From: Callorhinchus milii
Lineage: Eukaryota
DNA length: 64,000 bases
Direction: 5' to 3'
Assembly (NCBI RefSeq): GCF_018977255.1
Contig: NW_024704743.1
Coordinates: 66,466,001-66,530,000, forward strand
Shown here: piece by piece, positions 1-13,064 of the stretch
Layout of the letters: every line of letters begins with the position of its first letter
Numbering within the stretch: the stretch's first letter is position 1
Notes under the pieces: model-generated
The model's input: only the letters and a program-made list of their open reading frames with translations
Database searches by the model: none
Told to the model about the DNA's origin: nothing
Program-made: the position numbers and the translations under genes

Positions 1-298
1 CTTTGCAAGCAAGAGACCTGGGTTCAATTCCAGACAGAGGGCGAAACCTTGGGCAAGTTTCCTTACTCCACACGCCTAATAATAATCCCTTCAAAACCAA
101 AAGCAATAATAAATTGGTCATTTTCAATCTACGACTGTTTGTGGGACATTGCTGTGCGCAATTGGCTGCCACGTTCGCCCACAAATATACAGTCAATTCA
201 CTTTACAGTGTGTTCTGTGAAACGCTTTGGGACGTCCTCCTGACGTGAAAAGCGCTATATCAAATGCAAGGATTATTATTATTATGATTATTATTATT
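1..298 (+). mobile_element. Young tRNA-derived SINE, short subfamily (head cut by window edge)
   Basis: Near-identical to 22838-23165. B box GGTTCAATTCC, 3' stem-loop, (TTA)n tail. Confidence 0.9.
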
Positions 299-299
299 T

Positions 300-612
300 G
301 TGGGTGAATTTGGCTGCCAATTTGCACCCAGCAATGTTTCACAAACAGACATGGAGTATGTGGGATTGTTGGCCAGAACAACAGGATAAATTCCCTTTTT
401 CTTTTCAAACAGTATCATGGGATCCTGTTCATCTCAAAAAGCAAACGGTTTAATATTTCATCCGAAGGACGGACATCTCAGACAATGCAGCACACTCACA
501 GCATTGCATTGGAGTGTCAACATAGATTGTATGGTGACAGGTCCCAATGTTTGAATCTACATCCTTCTGACTCAAGAGGTGAGAGTGCTACCAACTGAGC
601 CAAGCTGACGCA
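300..612 (-). mobile_element. Older Deu-type SINE relic
   Basis: tRNA-like head (gtcagcttggctcagttggtagcactctcacctc) and a Deu-like core (gtccttcggatgaaatattaaacc). Homologous to 4960-5352. Confidence 0.7.
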
Positions 613-2607
613 CATTATGACATGGTTTTTAACATTATTTAACACTGTCATTATATAAGGTAAGCTGTCCAAAAGAGTATTAGACATAACTATTAGAAAT
701 AATTTTCGAATTAAATGGATCAACAAGTAAATATGAAGTACTTAACCATTTTTAATGAGTTATATTCTGAAATGAAATATCAAAGAATTTCTCATGTCAG
801 CACACGGCATGGTCAGGGAATAATATCCTAATGATCTTGTGAAAGGAAAGAGGCAAATCAAAATTCCAGTTGTTTAGAATATGTTGACTTCAGCAGAATG
901 CTTTGACTAAACATATCTTCAAAAATAACTACTGGAAAACCAAAAGGGCTGCCGATGACTACGGAAAATGGTTTAATACTGGTAATAATGTTCACATTTG
1001 AAATAGAACCTTATTACGCCATCAAGGCTTCTCAGAGTACTTTAGAGTTTTGGCTATAAATACACAGTTAACACACTTAACACTAATGACTGTGTATTTA
1101 TGGGCAAACACAGCATCCAATTTGTGCAAAACAATGTCCCACAAGCAACTGATTTCATAAGAATGTCAAGGGCACATGATTATACTGAATTGAAAATGTA
1201 TTCCCATGATCAAAAAGTAGAATGGCCATATTCCCATTTCTCTGGTTTGAATGGAATGGATACTACCTCCTTGGAAGCACTCATTCTGCTTATCTAATAC
1301 TGGAAGGTATTAGGTACAAAATTGCAAAAGCCAAGTTTGGAGACATCATATTGTGTGTTGAAGTATTTCCGTCTAATGAATAATAACAACCCATCTACCA
1401 AATCCACCTACTATTAAAGTAAGTTTTTTCTTTCATGTTGTACATTATATTATTTTTGCCTACATAAAAAATATATTTGATAATAATTATAGTAAAACAT
1501 ATTTCAATTTATAAAGCAAGATGAAAATGATTTACTTTCTTTTTTTCTATTAATTCATTGTTTAAAAATTACATTTATGCAGTATAAATATATTTGCAAA
1601 AAACACAATCAACAATATTATATTATATAATGAGAGAATCGTCATTTACATTTATCCGCATTCTAACATGTTTTGTAAGCAAATAGCATTCAAGTTCATG
1701 TGAAGTTGTTTTTTTAAAAACAATTCTTCAGGTGCTTCCTGGTTCAAAGTGATATTTTCACATCTACACAGAGGGATTATTTGCTTCCCCAGTTAGTTTG
1801 GATTCTTTGGAAGAAAACACAATCATCCCTTTTGGAAAGAAAAGAAGTGAAGGATCAGAGGAAGAATCATTGTAGAATCCCTCATCCAATATCCAAGGAA
1901 CAGATCATGGCTGGGAGGAGAAAATTCAGAAAGTGTTTGAAAGATCCTCCACTGGGTCATCTCAATAATAGTTGTCATGAGCCTTTGATGCACGTGTGAA
2001 ATATGGAGTGACACATCAAACACAGAGGTAAGGTGTTTCCCATTAATTTCCCTTCTCTCAACAACAGTACCCTAAAACACAGTGTGCTGCTTGAGCACAA
2101 ATCCAAAATTATGTTTTATGTCTATGTTAAATTACAAATCAACGAATATTTATATCACTGTATTTAAGGCAATTGGACCCAGTAAGCAATGCATTTAACT
2201 TTCTTGTCAATTGGTTGACTACACTATTCTTCCACCTCAAGATAAGTGATATACCAGTCAGACCTCATTTAAATCATCAGGCAAGCAGTCCCTAGAGACT
2301 GTTTACGCAGCCTCAGGGTGACTGATACCTTGTACCATTCCAGTTGGATCCTACAGAGGATCTGTATATTGAAAGCTCCAATGTTTTACTTTAAGTAGTA
2401 TTAAAAGTTTGTACAGAAAGATAGTGGTGAAGATAATGGAGTATTTTTCTTTTTACTCTGTAGAATACAACAAGAAGAAGAATATTTACTGGATAGAATT
2501 ACTTGTACTTACCCTTATTATTGATTTGTCAAATAATAAACCTAATTGTCTGTGTAGAGGTACATTAGAGTGCATTTCCATGTTTAGTCACAGCATTAGG
2601 TCTGTTT

Positions 2608-2876
2608 ACAAGCGAAACACCTGGGTACAATTGCAGACAGGGCGAAACCTTGGGCAAGTTTCCTTACTCCACACACCTAATAATAATCCCTCCAAAACAA
2701 AACAATAATAAATTGGTCATTTTTAATCCACGACTGTTTGTGGGACACTGCTGTGCGCAATTGGCTGCCGCGTTTCGCCAACAAATATACAGTCATTTCA
2801 CTTTACGGTCTATTCTGTGAGATATCTAGAAGTCGTGAAAAGCGCTATATCAAATGCAAGGATTATTATTATTATA
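2608..2876 (+). mobile_element. Young SINE, 5'-truncated short subfamily
   Basis: Same body and (TTA)n tail as 22838-23165. Confidence 0.88.
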
Positions 2877-3896
2877 AAATCATCACTCTGCATTCAGGTT
2901 CTTTTTCTAGGCTGGTGGCAGAAACTAGTTACAAGTTCAAAACCATACATCATGCAAGGAACCCTGTGATGTCTGCATTCTCAGTCTCTGCAGTGTTCAA
3001 ATTGTCTGTGTACCTTCTTCCTCCAGATGCTCTTTAAGACAACTTGCCTTATACTACACAAAGTCTAGTGATCATTCATCCAATGCTTTCATGATCCTTT
3101 TAGAATGCTACGTGATGTACTCCTTGCAACAACCTTGTAAAGATTGTATATGGCTTATGAACTATACAAGCCTTATGGTTGTATCATAGTGTTTGACGAT
3201 AATTTACAATCATTCTATTGATCACAACAGTTTTATATGTGGCTCACTGCTTTACTGCATTAGGTTAGGCAGAGTACTATAAATGCAGGATTAATGCTAT
3301 GGTCTGTCCAGAGGCACAGATTTACTACAGCAACAGGTCAAGTGACAATGATAACATCTATGTCTCGGGGATTTTTCTTCATTTCAGCAGTGGAATGTAA
3401 CATAATGTATCTGATAGATTTGAAACAGCTTTTCTCTTACTGAGAAAACTTGATTTGTGCCTTAATTGTACTCATGTTTAACATTAAAAAGTGTAAAATC
3501 ATTATGAGGCTTATTTTAGTCAATACCACCCCCTTAATCATTGCTTTAATAAGCAATTTACTACTTGGGTGGTAAGGCTTAACGTCTGTTCACAGCACAA
3601 AATGCAACATAGTCGTGATAACAACAAAAAATAGTTTCAATTCAAAAACAGCAATCTGACAGTTAGTGCTAAACACTTGCAAACATGTTTACAAGCAGAA
3701 AAATATTCCCCGTTGTTCTCTGAAAAACAAAATTGTGCGTTCGTTTCATTGCATTTTAACTGGGGTTGGTGGAAATCAATAAATATCGATAAACAATGCT
3801 ATTTGTCAATTTGCAATGTTCTGTAATCTGTGGGAAATACTTTTTGATCGATTTTAATGATTTTTCCCACTATATAATATAATTTACACTCATATA

Positions 3897-4202
3897 GTAA
3901 TAATAATCCTTGCATTTGATATAGTGCTTTTCACGTCTTCTAGATGTCTCAAACCGCTTCACAGAATAGAATGTAAAGTGAATTGACTGTATATTTGTGG
4001 GCGAAATGCGGCAGCCAATTGCGCAGAGCAGTGTCCCACAAACAGTCGTGGATTGAAGTGACCAATTTATTATTGTTTTTTTTGAGGGATTATTATCAGG
4101 CGTGTGGAATAAAGAAACTTGCCCAAGATTTCAGCCTGCCAGGAATTGAACTCAGGTCTCTCGCTTGCAAAGCGAATGCTCTCACCACTGAGCTACAGGA
4201 CT
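3897..4202 (-). mobile_element. Young SINE, near full length
   Basis: Reverse complement of the family, including A box (tagctcagtgg) and B box. Confidence 0.9.
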
Positions 4203-4959
4203 GATGGTACTAGCTCAGCCTCCGAGTCAACAGTGTGATGTCCTTTGAGATGGCCTCCAACATAAACCCACGTTATGAATGTAAACTGTTAGGGAGTGTT
4301 ACAATGTTAGCAGAAATGGGGGTAATGAAAACATTGGTGGTAGAAGTATTTACTTCATTAAGGAACATAGTACCTTTTACATTGGGAGGACAACCCAGAG
4401 TGCCTGACAATTCTGTCTAGGCACTGGAGCTATGAGTTGGAGCTGACGGGAGTGAGGAGGGGAAGATACGGTCAAAGGGGTATGTTTTGATGTGCACCTT
4501 GAAAGAGGGGAGGAAGAGACGGCTTGTGTTCCTGATCATCAGGCAGCATTGCTTGCGCATGACGTGCTTGTGCCACATGTAGGAAGTGACACCAAATGAT
4601 TGTTGAAAACATCACCCAAAAATATACACTTAACAAATTCCAACATTGGTATAATTTATTCAATAAATACATTTTAGTCACTCATTGAATTGTTAACCTA
4701 TTCACTCAATTTACTGTCCTCAAAAACACATATATTTTAACACAGTAAAACAAACTGAATGTTCCAGAATAAACTTTCTTTGAGTATAGTTAATAAATAT
4801 CCACATGTGGGCAGCCAAAGGACAAAAGGCAAAGCTGCACCCACTTCATGGCAGCTGGACTGAGTGGGAAGAGCAGCAGTAACAGACCTTCAAGCAGTAC
4901 TGCACCTGCTCAGAAGTTCTGGATCACAAGTATGCAATGCCTTTTAAATAAATAATAAT

Positions 4960-5352
4960 AATAATACCTACCACGTAGGGAGCTTCACAGGATATATTGA
5001 AAAAGTATAATGACTGTATATTTTGTATAGGTAAAGTGTAGTCACTATGTATTCTATAGGCAAACACTGCAGACAATCTACGTATAGCAATTACCCACAG
5101 ACAGCCATGAAGTAAATGACCTAACGCCCTTCTCGTTCCAAGTAATGCCATGGAAAATATGTTCACCTGAACAGGCAGATGGTACCAGCTTAACGTCTCA
5201 TCTGAAGGATGATAGTTCTAACAATGCAGCATACCCCCAGCGCTGTATTGTATTTTCAGCCTAGACTATATGAGTTCATAGTCACAACTCTAGTCTTGAA
5301 CCCACAACCTCTGACTCAGAAGTGAGAGTGCTACTAACTGAGCCAGGCTGAC
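4960..5352 (-). mobile_element. Older Deu-type SINE relic
   Basis: Head gtcagcctggctcagttagtagcactctcac, core ccttcagatgagacgttaa, TTA tail. Confidence 0.7.
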
Positions 5353-5496
5353 ACCTATAATAAGCACAAGTAGAAGAAAATAGCACTTGTCTGCCACACT
5401 AAATATTTTTTGACAGTTGACAATCATTTGACATAAAAGCCCACCAGGGGCATGACAGACAGAGTGGCCAATAAATTGCCTAGATGTGTGGCTTAC

Positions 5497-5652
5497 CTTG
5501 TCATCATCTTCGCATGTCATGACATTGGAAAACGGGATCTCGGCTTTGAACATCTTGCGACAGTGCATGAGTTGAACAAGCAAGTAACACACGGTTTTGA
5601 ATTTCATTCTTTTTGCAGGTTTTATGTCTGAGAGAATCAACCCGGGAAATAT
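5497..5652 (-). CDS. ADCY1: ADCY1 exon (exon 8 equivalent), C1b calmodulin-binding region
   Basis: attgacag|ATA TTT CCC...GAC AAG|gtaagc. Translates IFPGLILSDIKPAKRMKFKTVCYLLVQLMHCRKMFKAEIPFSNVMTCEDDDK. 156 nt. This segment is diagnostic of AC1. Confidence 0.97.
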
Positions 5653-7556
5653 CTGTCAATACAAGAAAGAGAGGGAGGGAGAATGAAAAATCAATCACAC
5701 TTACAGCTCAGATATTTTTGTAACAGATACATATAGTACTACATTGTTCAAGTAACATTCTACAAGGACTGTGCAGTGAAGGGGGATAGAATATAACCTT
5801 TTTGCCTCTGGGACCTGACTTTTTCCGACCTCAGACTTATTTGATGAGTCGAAAGGATCTATAAATGAAGAGTTTGAGCAATCTCAAACCACTTCCCTGT
5901 AGGCACAAATCCATAGGAGAAAGGTCAACACTCACTGGAACTCTAATGTTGAAGTGAAAGTGCAGATTATACTTGTCCTGGAAATTTCTATTTCTGACAC
6001 CAAGTGTTAGAAGTGGAAAAGTATTCAATTTCCCACTCTTATAATCAGCATAGGTTTCCAATAATAATCATTTAAACGTACCTCTCTCTCTCACCCCAAT
6101 GCAGATTAACCAGTAAATTCTACTGACCGTTATACAATTTTTGAAGTCTATTTGCAAAGAATAAAAAGGACACTGTAATGATAAAAGGAAGCCCTTCAAC
6201 CTTAGAAGCTGAAGTCATGGAATCATTGTTGTTGTTATTCTCTGAGCCCATTCAAATGAAGCAATGACCTTTTGAAAGCAAGTGCTTGGAATTTCACACA
6301 GTGAGGATCAATGTTATGGTATTTCTTAACAAGATTTCTGAATTAGGAAATTGGAATAGAGTCTCTTTCAGGGAAATATAAAGTTGCCAATGTAGCTTAC
6401 TTTGATCTAAAATTAAATATATATGTGGTCCTTGAAATATGTCAGGATATTGTTGCTTTTTTAGTTAAAATTGTCTTCTCTTAATTTTTCCCCCACTTAG
6501 TCGACTTTTGGGATTCACAGCTGTTTAATATTTCAAACCTGATGCCACAATTTGTCCATTTGAGTTTGTTTTACAAATACAGTATTTGAAATCAGACCTC
6601 AATATCAATACATTCTTCTCAGTGATCAATGGCACACTTTGGCGTCAACTGGGTGCCCAATTAACAAGTTTAATTGCAAGTTCAATAAGATGTTCAATCT
6701 TCTCACAATTACAGGATGAAACACCTCATGAAAACATTGCAAATTAGTAATGTTTCTTCACATGTGGAAATCAGAACAAAAATTCAGATCACTTAAAACA
6801 CTTCTTTGAGGGCTGCATTTGAGGAAAACAGTATTATAATCTCTCTAACCCAAGGACGCTCAAGAGCTCCTTATTATAATACTTTTCAAAGAAATAGGCG
6901 TAATGTTATTACAGAAAGTTAAAGTAATGAGATTTCGTGCAGATTTTAATACAAAAGCGTGCTGTAAAATTAACATAAAATCAAAGAGGTAAAAATTATG
7001 GCATTCTTAAGCATGTTTTGTTCCTTAATTATCAACAGGATCACTAAGAAGCACTTTTTCAATTGGAACCTGTCTTTAATAAATGGGTTAGGATTAACCA
7101 ACACCCCCTACCAACCTACATACCAATTTCCCTCAGGCTTCTCTGAATGGAGACAGCTGTGATCTTTGTTTTGATTTTTAAGTGAGGGACTGGATTTTGA
7201 ATCCTGGACACAAGAATTTTTAAGACAAGTACCTGGCAAAGATCATGAAATTCATAATTGTACCAGACTGAGTCAGGAGTGTTCAGTCCCACAGCTGTCA
7301 TTAAAGTCAGGCTGAGGAAGGGATGTGTTCAATAGAATAGGGAATAATGGGGGAAAGGTGAAGGGAATCGGAGGAGTGGGGGATCATGTGGAGGAAAAAC
7401 CACTGACATGGACTAATTGTGCTGAATTACTTGTTTGTATACCATAGCACTCAATATAACTCCATGTAATCATAATTTCTATCTACACCTTAACTGTTGT
7501 AGTGATAAGTAAGGAACAGAAATCATTTAGGAATACTACACTTTGATTGCTTAGTT

Positions 7557-7790
7557 GGCTCAAAATTCGACCTAGTATAAGGCCTGTAATACCGTTTGTT
7601 TAAACATTGAAGATATTACAGAAATGTCGGCAGTTCTTAAATTCAATCTTAATTTTGAAGCAGCTGCTTTTAAGATGGCAAAAACACTTTCAAACTATGA
7701 CTGAATTTAAGAATATTTCACAATTCTGCCCCGTCATATATTTTAGGATACAATGGTTTGGGGGATTGAAACTAGATAGAATTTCAAGCC
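7557..7790. mobile_element. Foldback MITE-like element, copy 1
   Basis: Ends ggctcaaaattcgacctagt / actagatagaatttcaagcc are imperfect inverted repeats. Inner arms ttcttaaattcaatc / gactgaatttaagaa. Confidence 0.65.
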
Positions 7791-8114
7791 TATAAATGTT
7801 TCTTTGATAAAAGGAGGTATTTCGTCCATCATATCTGTGGTGATAGCATTCCCTCTGGATCTATTTGCTCTAATCCCATTGCTCTGCTCTTTCCTCATAA
7901 CCTTTGACAGTAACACTTTCAAACAGCCAGCTACTTTAAGCAGATTTGCTTCACATGTCTATACTGCAAATTTAGCAAGTCAAGAGGACATTATTTAAAT
8001 TTACGTCAGATGAAAACAAAAATATTGTGTGCTAATTACTTTTTTGCCTAACTTCACTAAAACTACAAGATCTCAGTGTTACATTATATTTTGTGAAGAT
8101 TAACCAATGCTTAC

Positions 8115-8256
8115 CTTCCTTCGATGAGACGGCACAATGAAAAAGGTTTCAATGCTGTGCTTTTTTAAGAAACTGTTTCTCTCATGTCCGAGCCCTGGCT
8201 CAACTTCATAATCCCCATTCAGGCACTCCAACGTGGTCTTTGTTATATGAACCTTC
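8115..8256 (-). CDS. ADCY1: ADCY1 exon (exon 7 equivalent), end of C1a
   Basis: tttcag|G AAG GTT...AGG AAG|gtaagc. Translates [47 protein letters not shown]. 142 nt. Confidence 0.97.
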
Positions 8257-8432
8257 CTGAAAGCAATGAAAGTAAAGACATCAAAGAAAAATAATACTGC
8301 AGGCAATTGCTGAAATAATTGTGAACCTGAACAAGTGCTGTATCTCTGCCAAGGAATGTGAATTACTTTAATGATTAATCTCAGGTAATTAGAAATATAG
8401 AATCTATCATCAGTACAGATCTTAAGTTTTTC

Positions 8433-8860
8433 CCTTTTTTGGGGGTCAACCAGGTGTCTGACACATGTGGAAACCCATGATAAGAGTACCCAAGCCAAAC
8501 TGAAAATTCAACAAATACATGCCCACCTACACAAAGAAACATCAACAACAACAGCTTGTATTTATATAGCACCCCACATGCAGGATAGTGTCCCAGAGCA
8601 ATCATTAACCTTGTGTCTGGAATGGATTTTGCAGTTTACCTATTTCAGGAGAGTATTGGACACTGGTTGGCAAGAGCCAAGGTCCCCAGAGTGGATTGCT
8701 GGAGTTTAACCAACTCAAATCACATAGCTTTCCATTGAGAGCACTATCTGGCAAGCTTTTGGTGTTTGTCCAGCTAGGACAAACCTAAGCCACCCTATGG
8801 CTTGCATAGTTAACAGGAGCTGAGTGGGAAGATTCCCTGCTCCCAGCCTTTCCCAACTAC
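8433..8860 (-). mobile_element. Unclassified A-tailed retroposon-like family, copy A (interrupted by an L2-type tail at about 8540-8600)
   Basis: Shares gtgtcagacacctggttgacc plus an A-rich end and ccttggctcttgccaacc with eight other loci. Confidence 0.75.
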
Positions 8861-9619
8861 TCAACAATAGCAGTAAAGGCATTAAGAAATACTGGAATTC
8901 TATTATTATTTCCCTTGAATCATCAAAATATATTTTAAAAATCCTGAAGAAAGCTGGAGTAACAATTGCAACTTGTGACTGGTTACTTAACATTATATTT
9001 AAATGCAAACAGTAAGTGGGCTTGTTCACAGCCTGGAGACCCCAGGGCTAGCCTGGCCAACTATGAAATGTTCATATTTGACCATAGAGAGCACGACGTC
9101 CACCCCTCTTTGGCAGATCAACACCAAAACATGGGCATTCAGCAAAAAAAAANCTAAGTCCAATTTAGGATTTACAAAATTTACAAAAGAAAAATTGCCT
9201 GCCACAGATTTTAAAAAATGGCGAGCACTGAGACCTTAAAAGGAAGTATCCATCCTTTTGCCTGGAGGGAAATGCCACCACTTGCTAGGGAGAACATATG
9301 TTATCGTAATTTGCAGATGACTAAGAACTTTACCTCAGTACCACTGAAGGAGAACATTCAGCCCATCGATCCTATGTTATTGCCAATGCCCTCCATGGAG
9401 CTAAGGGTTCTAATCCAATTCTTTCTTGTTTCCTCCATCCTTTTATATTTTCCTCCTCTTTAACTAATTCCTTCTATATATTGTATCAGCTTTCCACGTG
9501 AAAACAGTCTAGCTAACCTCCCCCTAACTTTGACTGGGTTTATGCTTCCTCATTAACAAATCACCAGTCAGCAGGAATAATCTTTAACTCTCTATCCTAT
9601 TACCTTTCAAAACTTTGAA

Positions 9620-10280
9620 GAGCTCTGATAGATTGTTTCTTAACTGTAACATTGCCCACCTCCCACTCTACCTCTCTCCCCAGGTCACTTTCATTATTTC
9701 CAGGCTTGACGACACTATTGTCCTTCACACTGGACTGCACAGCACTTCTCTACATGGGCTCCAAACTATCCAAAACTCTGCAGCCCAGGTTCTCTCCTGT
9801 ACCCAGCTCCATGAGCCGCTCACACCATCCTTGCTCGTCAACATTGTTTCCCTGTCACCCAGCAGATCAAATTCAAGATCCTCATTCTCACCTTGAAATC
9901 CCATAATGGTCTTGTCCCACACTACCTCTGTGACCTCTTTCAACACTGCCAACCCAGAAACTCCCTTCACTCAGCAAACATTACTCTGCTGCATGTCCCC
10001 CGTTCCATTTGTCCCATCATTGGCAGCCAGACTTTCAGACATTCTGCCCCACTCTCTGGAATTCTATCACAGAATCCTTCTGATTCGCTCGCTCCTTCCC
10101 CTCATTCGAGACCCACGTTACGACATCCTGGTTAACTGCGCTTTCAGTCATCTTTCCCCTCCCTAACCCCTCGGCTCCCAACCCACCATGACCCAGATGT
10201 GTGGTTATCCAACACAGCCAAGCACTTTGAATCATCCTTTCAATGTAAAACGTGGCACAGCATATAAATGTAAATTGTAT
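9620..10280 (+). mobile_element. L2 LINE 3' fragment, degraded
   Basis: ORF2 C-terminal motifs LQTIQNSAAQVL and KILILT, followed by the L2 tail. Confidence 0.8.
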
Positions 10281-10639
10281 GGCATTCTAACTTTCTTAAT
10301 TCCAGTGAAAGCAGTCCTAAAATAAATTCTGTATTTCTTATGAGACTGAGAAGTCCAGTTATATAAAACAGCTGCTCTCCAGGCCTGGTGAGTGGAAAAC
10401 AAAACAAAGGAACTAATTCGTAAATAAGACTAGTGCATGACTCTTGATTGATCCAATCTATCATCATTTCCATTTTTAATCTCTCAATTTTTCCACACTA
10501 AATCCTTTTTGGGGATTAGTTTCCACCAGCAGCAGTTCAAGTTATATTTTTAGGCAGGAAAAAAAGTCCAATACACAAGGCGGTGGCTAACAAAGAAACG
10601 AAAGTCCTAGGGATTGGGCAAAACACTGTAGGGTTAATA

Positions 10640-10840
10640 CACTAACCCTTAATCTTTGTGACTGAGATTCGAATCCAGCCAGGCAGATGGAATTAAAGTC
10701 TCTTTCTGCTGACTACAAGGGTTTTATATCAAATGATTTGGTAGAGTCAACCCAGTTCCTAATGATGTAAAATAAAACATTTAAATCTGTAGTAACTGGT
10801 ACAAAATTGGTTGTCTCACTTGAAGAGACCACGAGGAAAT
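10640..10840 (+). mobile_element. LF-SINE-like relic
   Basis: ttcgaatccagcc...gatggaattaaagtctc...aaatgatttgg...cccagttccta matches my recollection of the LF-SINE consensus order. Confidence 0.55.
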
Positions 10841-12261
10841 TAAATGTCATTCTTTTGCAATGAGAAGATAAACTCAAAGCACAGTAATCCAGCTAGAACT
10901 TGATGGCACGTCAGCAGATCTTCACAAAGTGGATAGGTTACCAGGAATGGTGCTGAGGGACAAGACATGGATTAATTTTGGAAAAAAACTTAATGCTGTT
11001 ATGAAAAGATGGTAAAATGAGTATTTTGGATGTATGCGATCAAAGAATGACATTCTTTATCTGAACCTCTCCTGTGAATTGTCAATAGTTTGTTGACTAT
11101 TGTCTGTCGAACAAAGACCTTGTTTATTTTATTTTTTGTCCAACACAAAACTCAATTATATTTGTGCTGTCTATTAGGGACAGAAATATTTCCCCCCTTC
11201 AAAACAATGAAAGGAATTGACCCTCAGAGTTTTGTTAGCCAGTCATAATCTGTATGTCTATGAGTGTGCGTGTGTGTGTGATAGCTGTCTAAAAGATTAC
11301 TCCCTCTTTCAATTTGTTCAAAGGCCTGTTAAAGACCCACCTCTTTGACCACACATTCAGTTCCATGTTTGCTCCCCACCCCTCCTCAGCTCCCACCCTC
11401 AGGGTGCCAAGCCAGTATTTGGGATGACATGAATGGCACTATATAGATGTAAATTTATATTGTGATCATACAGCACTCACTTCCTATTTTGACACTATTT
11501 TCACATCAAACATTGATCTGGTCAAATCTATAATGTGACCAAGTTAGTGTAATGTATGCAGTATTCTTTACATATTCTTCAAATTAACACGAGTGAAAAT
11601 AATATGCAAGTTGATTATCACTGCAATTAGCGATGTTTAGTGTAAACTTTTGGAGTTTCGCCCAGTGTCCTGGCCAACAATCCTCTAAATGAAGTTAGTC
11701 ATTTGCTTCATGGCTGTTAGTGGGATACTGCTGTATGCAAATTGGCTGTCACTTTTGCATACAAAATATATAGTCACTACACTTTACAGCAAATCTTGTG
11801 TAATGCATTGAGACGTTCTTTCAACGAGGTGATAAGGCACTTTATCAAATGCAAGGATTTTATTAGCTAACAATCTCAACCTCACACTGAATCTCCAGTA
11901 GCACACTGACTGCACACAATGTGGCTTCTCTCCTCAATTACTCTATCCCTCCCCACCACCAATTGATCCAGTTCTTAAATTTGATCTGTTGCCATGTTGG
12001 ATTTTCCTTTTTTGGGCCTCAGAGAATGTTTATTTGTTTTGGGCTTTAAAAGGTTTGTTCTGAATTTACTTAGTTGGATCTTTAGAAAGTGGTGAGATTT
12101 GTGCTTTCCTGGCTCGGATAATGTTATGGGAGAGCATCAGAAGTCATTTCTGGCCTGGGAATAACATGAATTTTGCCATTATTGTAAATTGTAGCAATAA
12201 TTATCACCAGCCATAATGTAATTAATATGCAAATTAAAACCAGCCTCTATTAAACATATGT

Positions 12262-12577
12262 GGAGTACTGTAGCTCAGTGGTTAGAGCACTTGCCTCTCA
12301 AGCGAGAGACCTGGTTTTGATTCCCGGCAGGGCGAAACCATGGGCAAGTTTCCTAACTCCACATGCCTGATAATAATCCTTCAAGAAAGAAAAAACAATA
12401 ATAACTTGGTCATTCAATGCATGACTGTTTGTGGGAAACTGTTGTGAGTAATTGGCAGCCATGTTTCTCCCACAAAATATACAGTCAATTCACTTTACAG
12501 TATATTCTGTGAAGCGCTTTAGGACATTTAGAAGATGTGAAGAGCGCGATATCAAATGCAAGGATTATTATTATTAT
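12262..12577 (+). mobile_element. Young SINE, full length
   Basis: Begins ggagtactgtagctcagtggttagagc and ends aaatgcaagga(tta)n. Confidence 0.9.
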
Positions 12578-13064
12578 ATTATTATAATCCTTGCATTTGA
12601 TATAGTGCCTTTTGTATCAGGAGGATGTCTTAAAGCACTTAACAAGATTTACTGTATATTGCAGTGAGTATGCATTTTGAAGGTAAATGTGCCAAGCTAA
12701 TTTGCATGCAACATTGTCCTACAAATAGCCGTCAAGCGAATGATCAATTCATCTGAGAATTGTTGGTCAGGAAGTGAGGCACAGGTACTGTCTTTAAATT
12801 GTTTTCTACTGTGTTGATTTTTATATTCATTTCAGTGAATTGGATTTATTTCTGCACTAATGAAGCTAATACTTGAGTGACTTCATAAACTCTTAAGACT
12901 ACACTCCACAGAAGAATTCACAGGTTTTATTCATCAAACAAAACAAAACATGAAAAGGTAACATTGAAACATAGCCATTCTGTTAAGAGTAGTGCTACAA
13001 TTGTTATCAAATCTTAAAAGCTATTTGTAGTGTGTGTATATGTTTGAATGAAAGGTTCACTTAC

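Noticed and set aside
1732..2027. Plus-strand AG...GT bounded segment as a nested or antisense exon
   Set aside because: No frame reads through to a recognisable protein, and such splice-like pairs arise by chance.
1..5496. Next ADCY1 exon (RRALRTASEKL-like)
   Set aside because: Not found here or recognisable. It and the exons upstream of 58720 probably lie outside the window.
9153..9153. Ambiguous base n (also at 27297)
   Set aside because: Both follow A homopolymers and are sequencing or assembly uncertainty.
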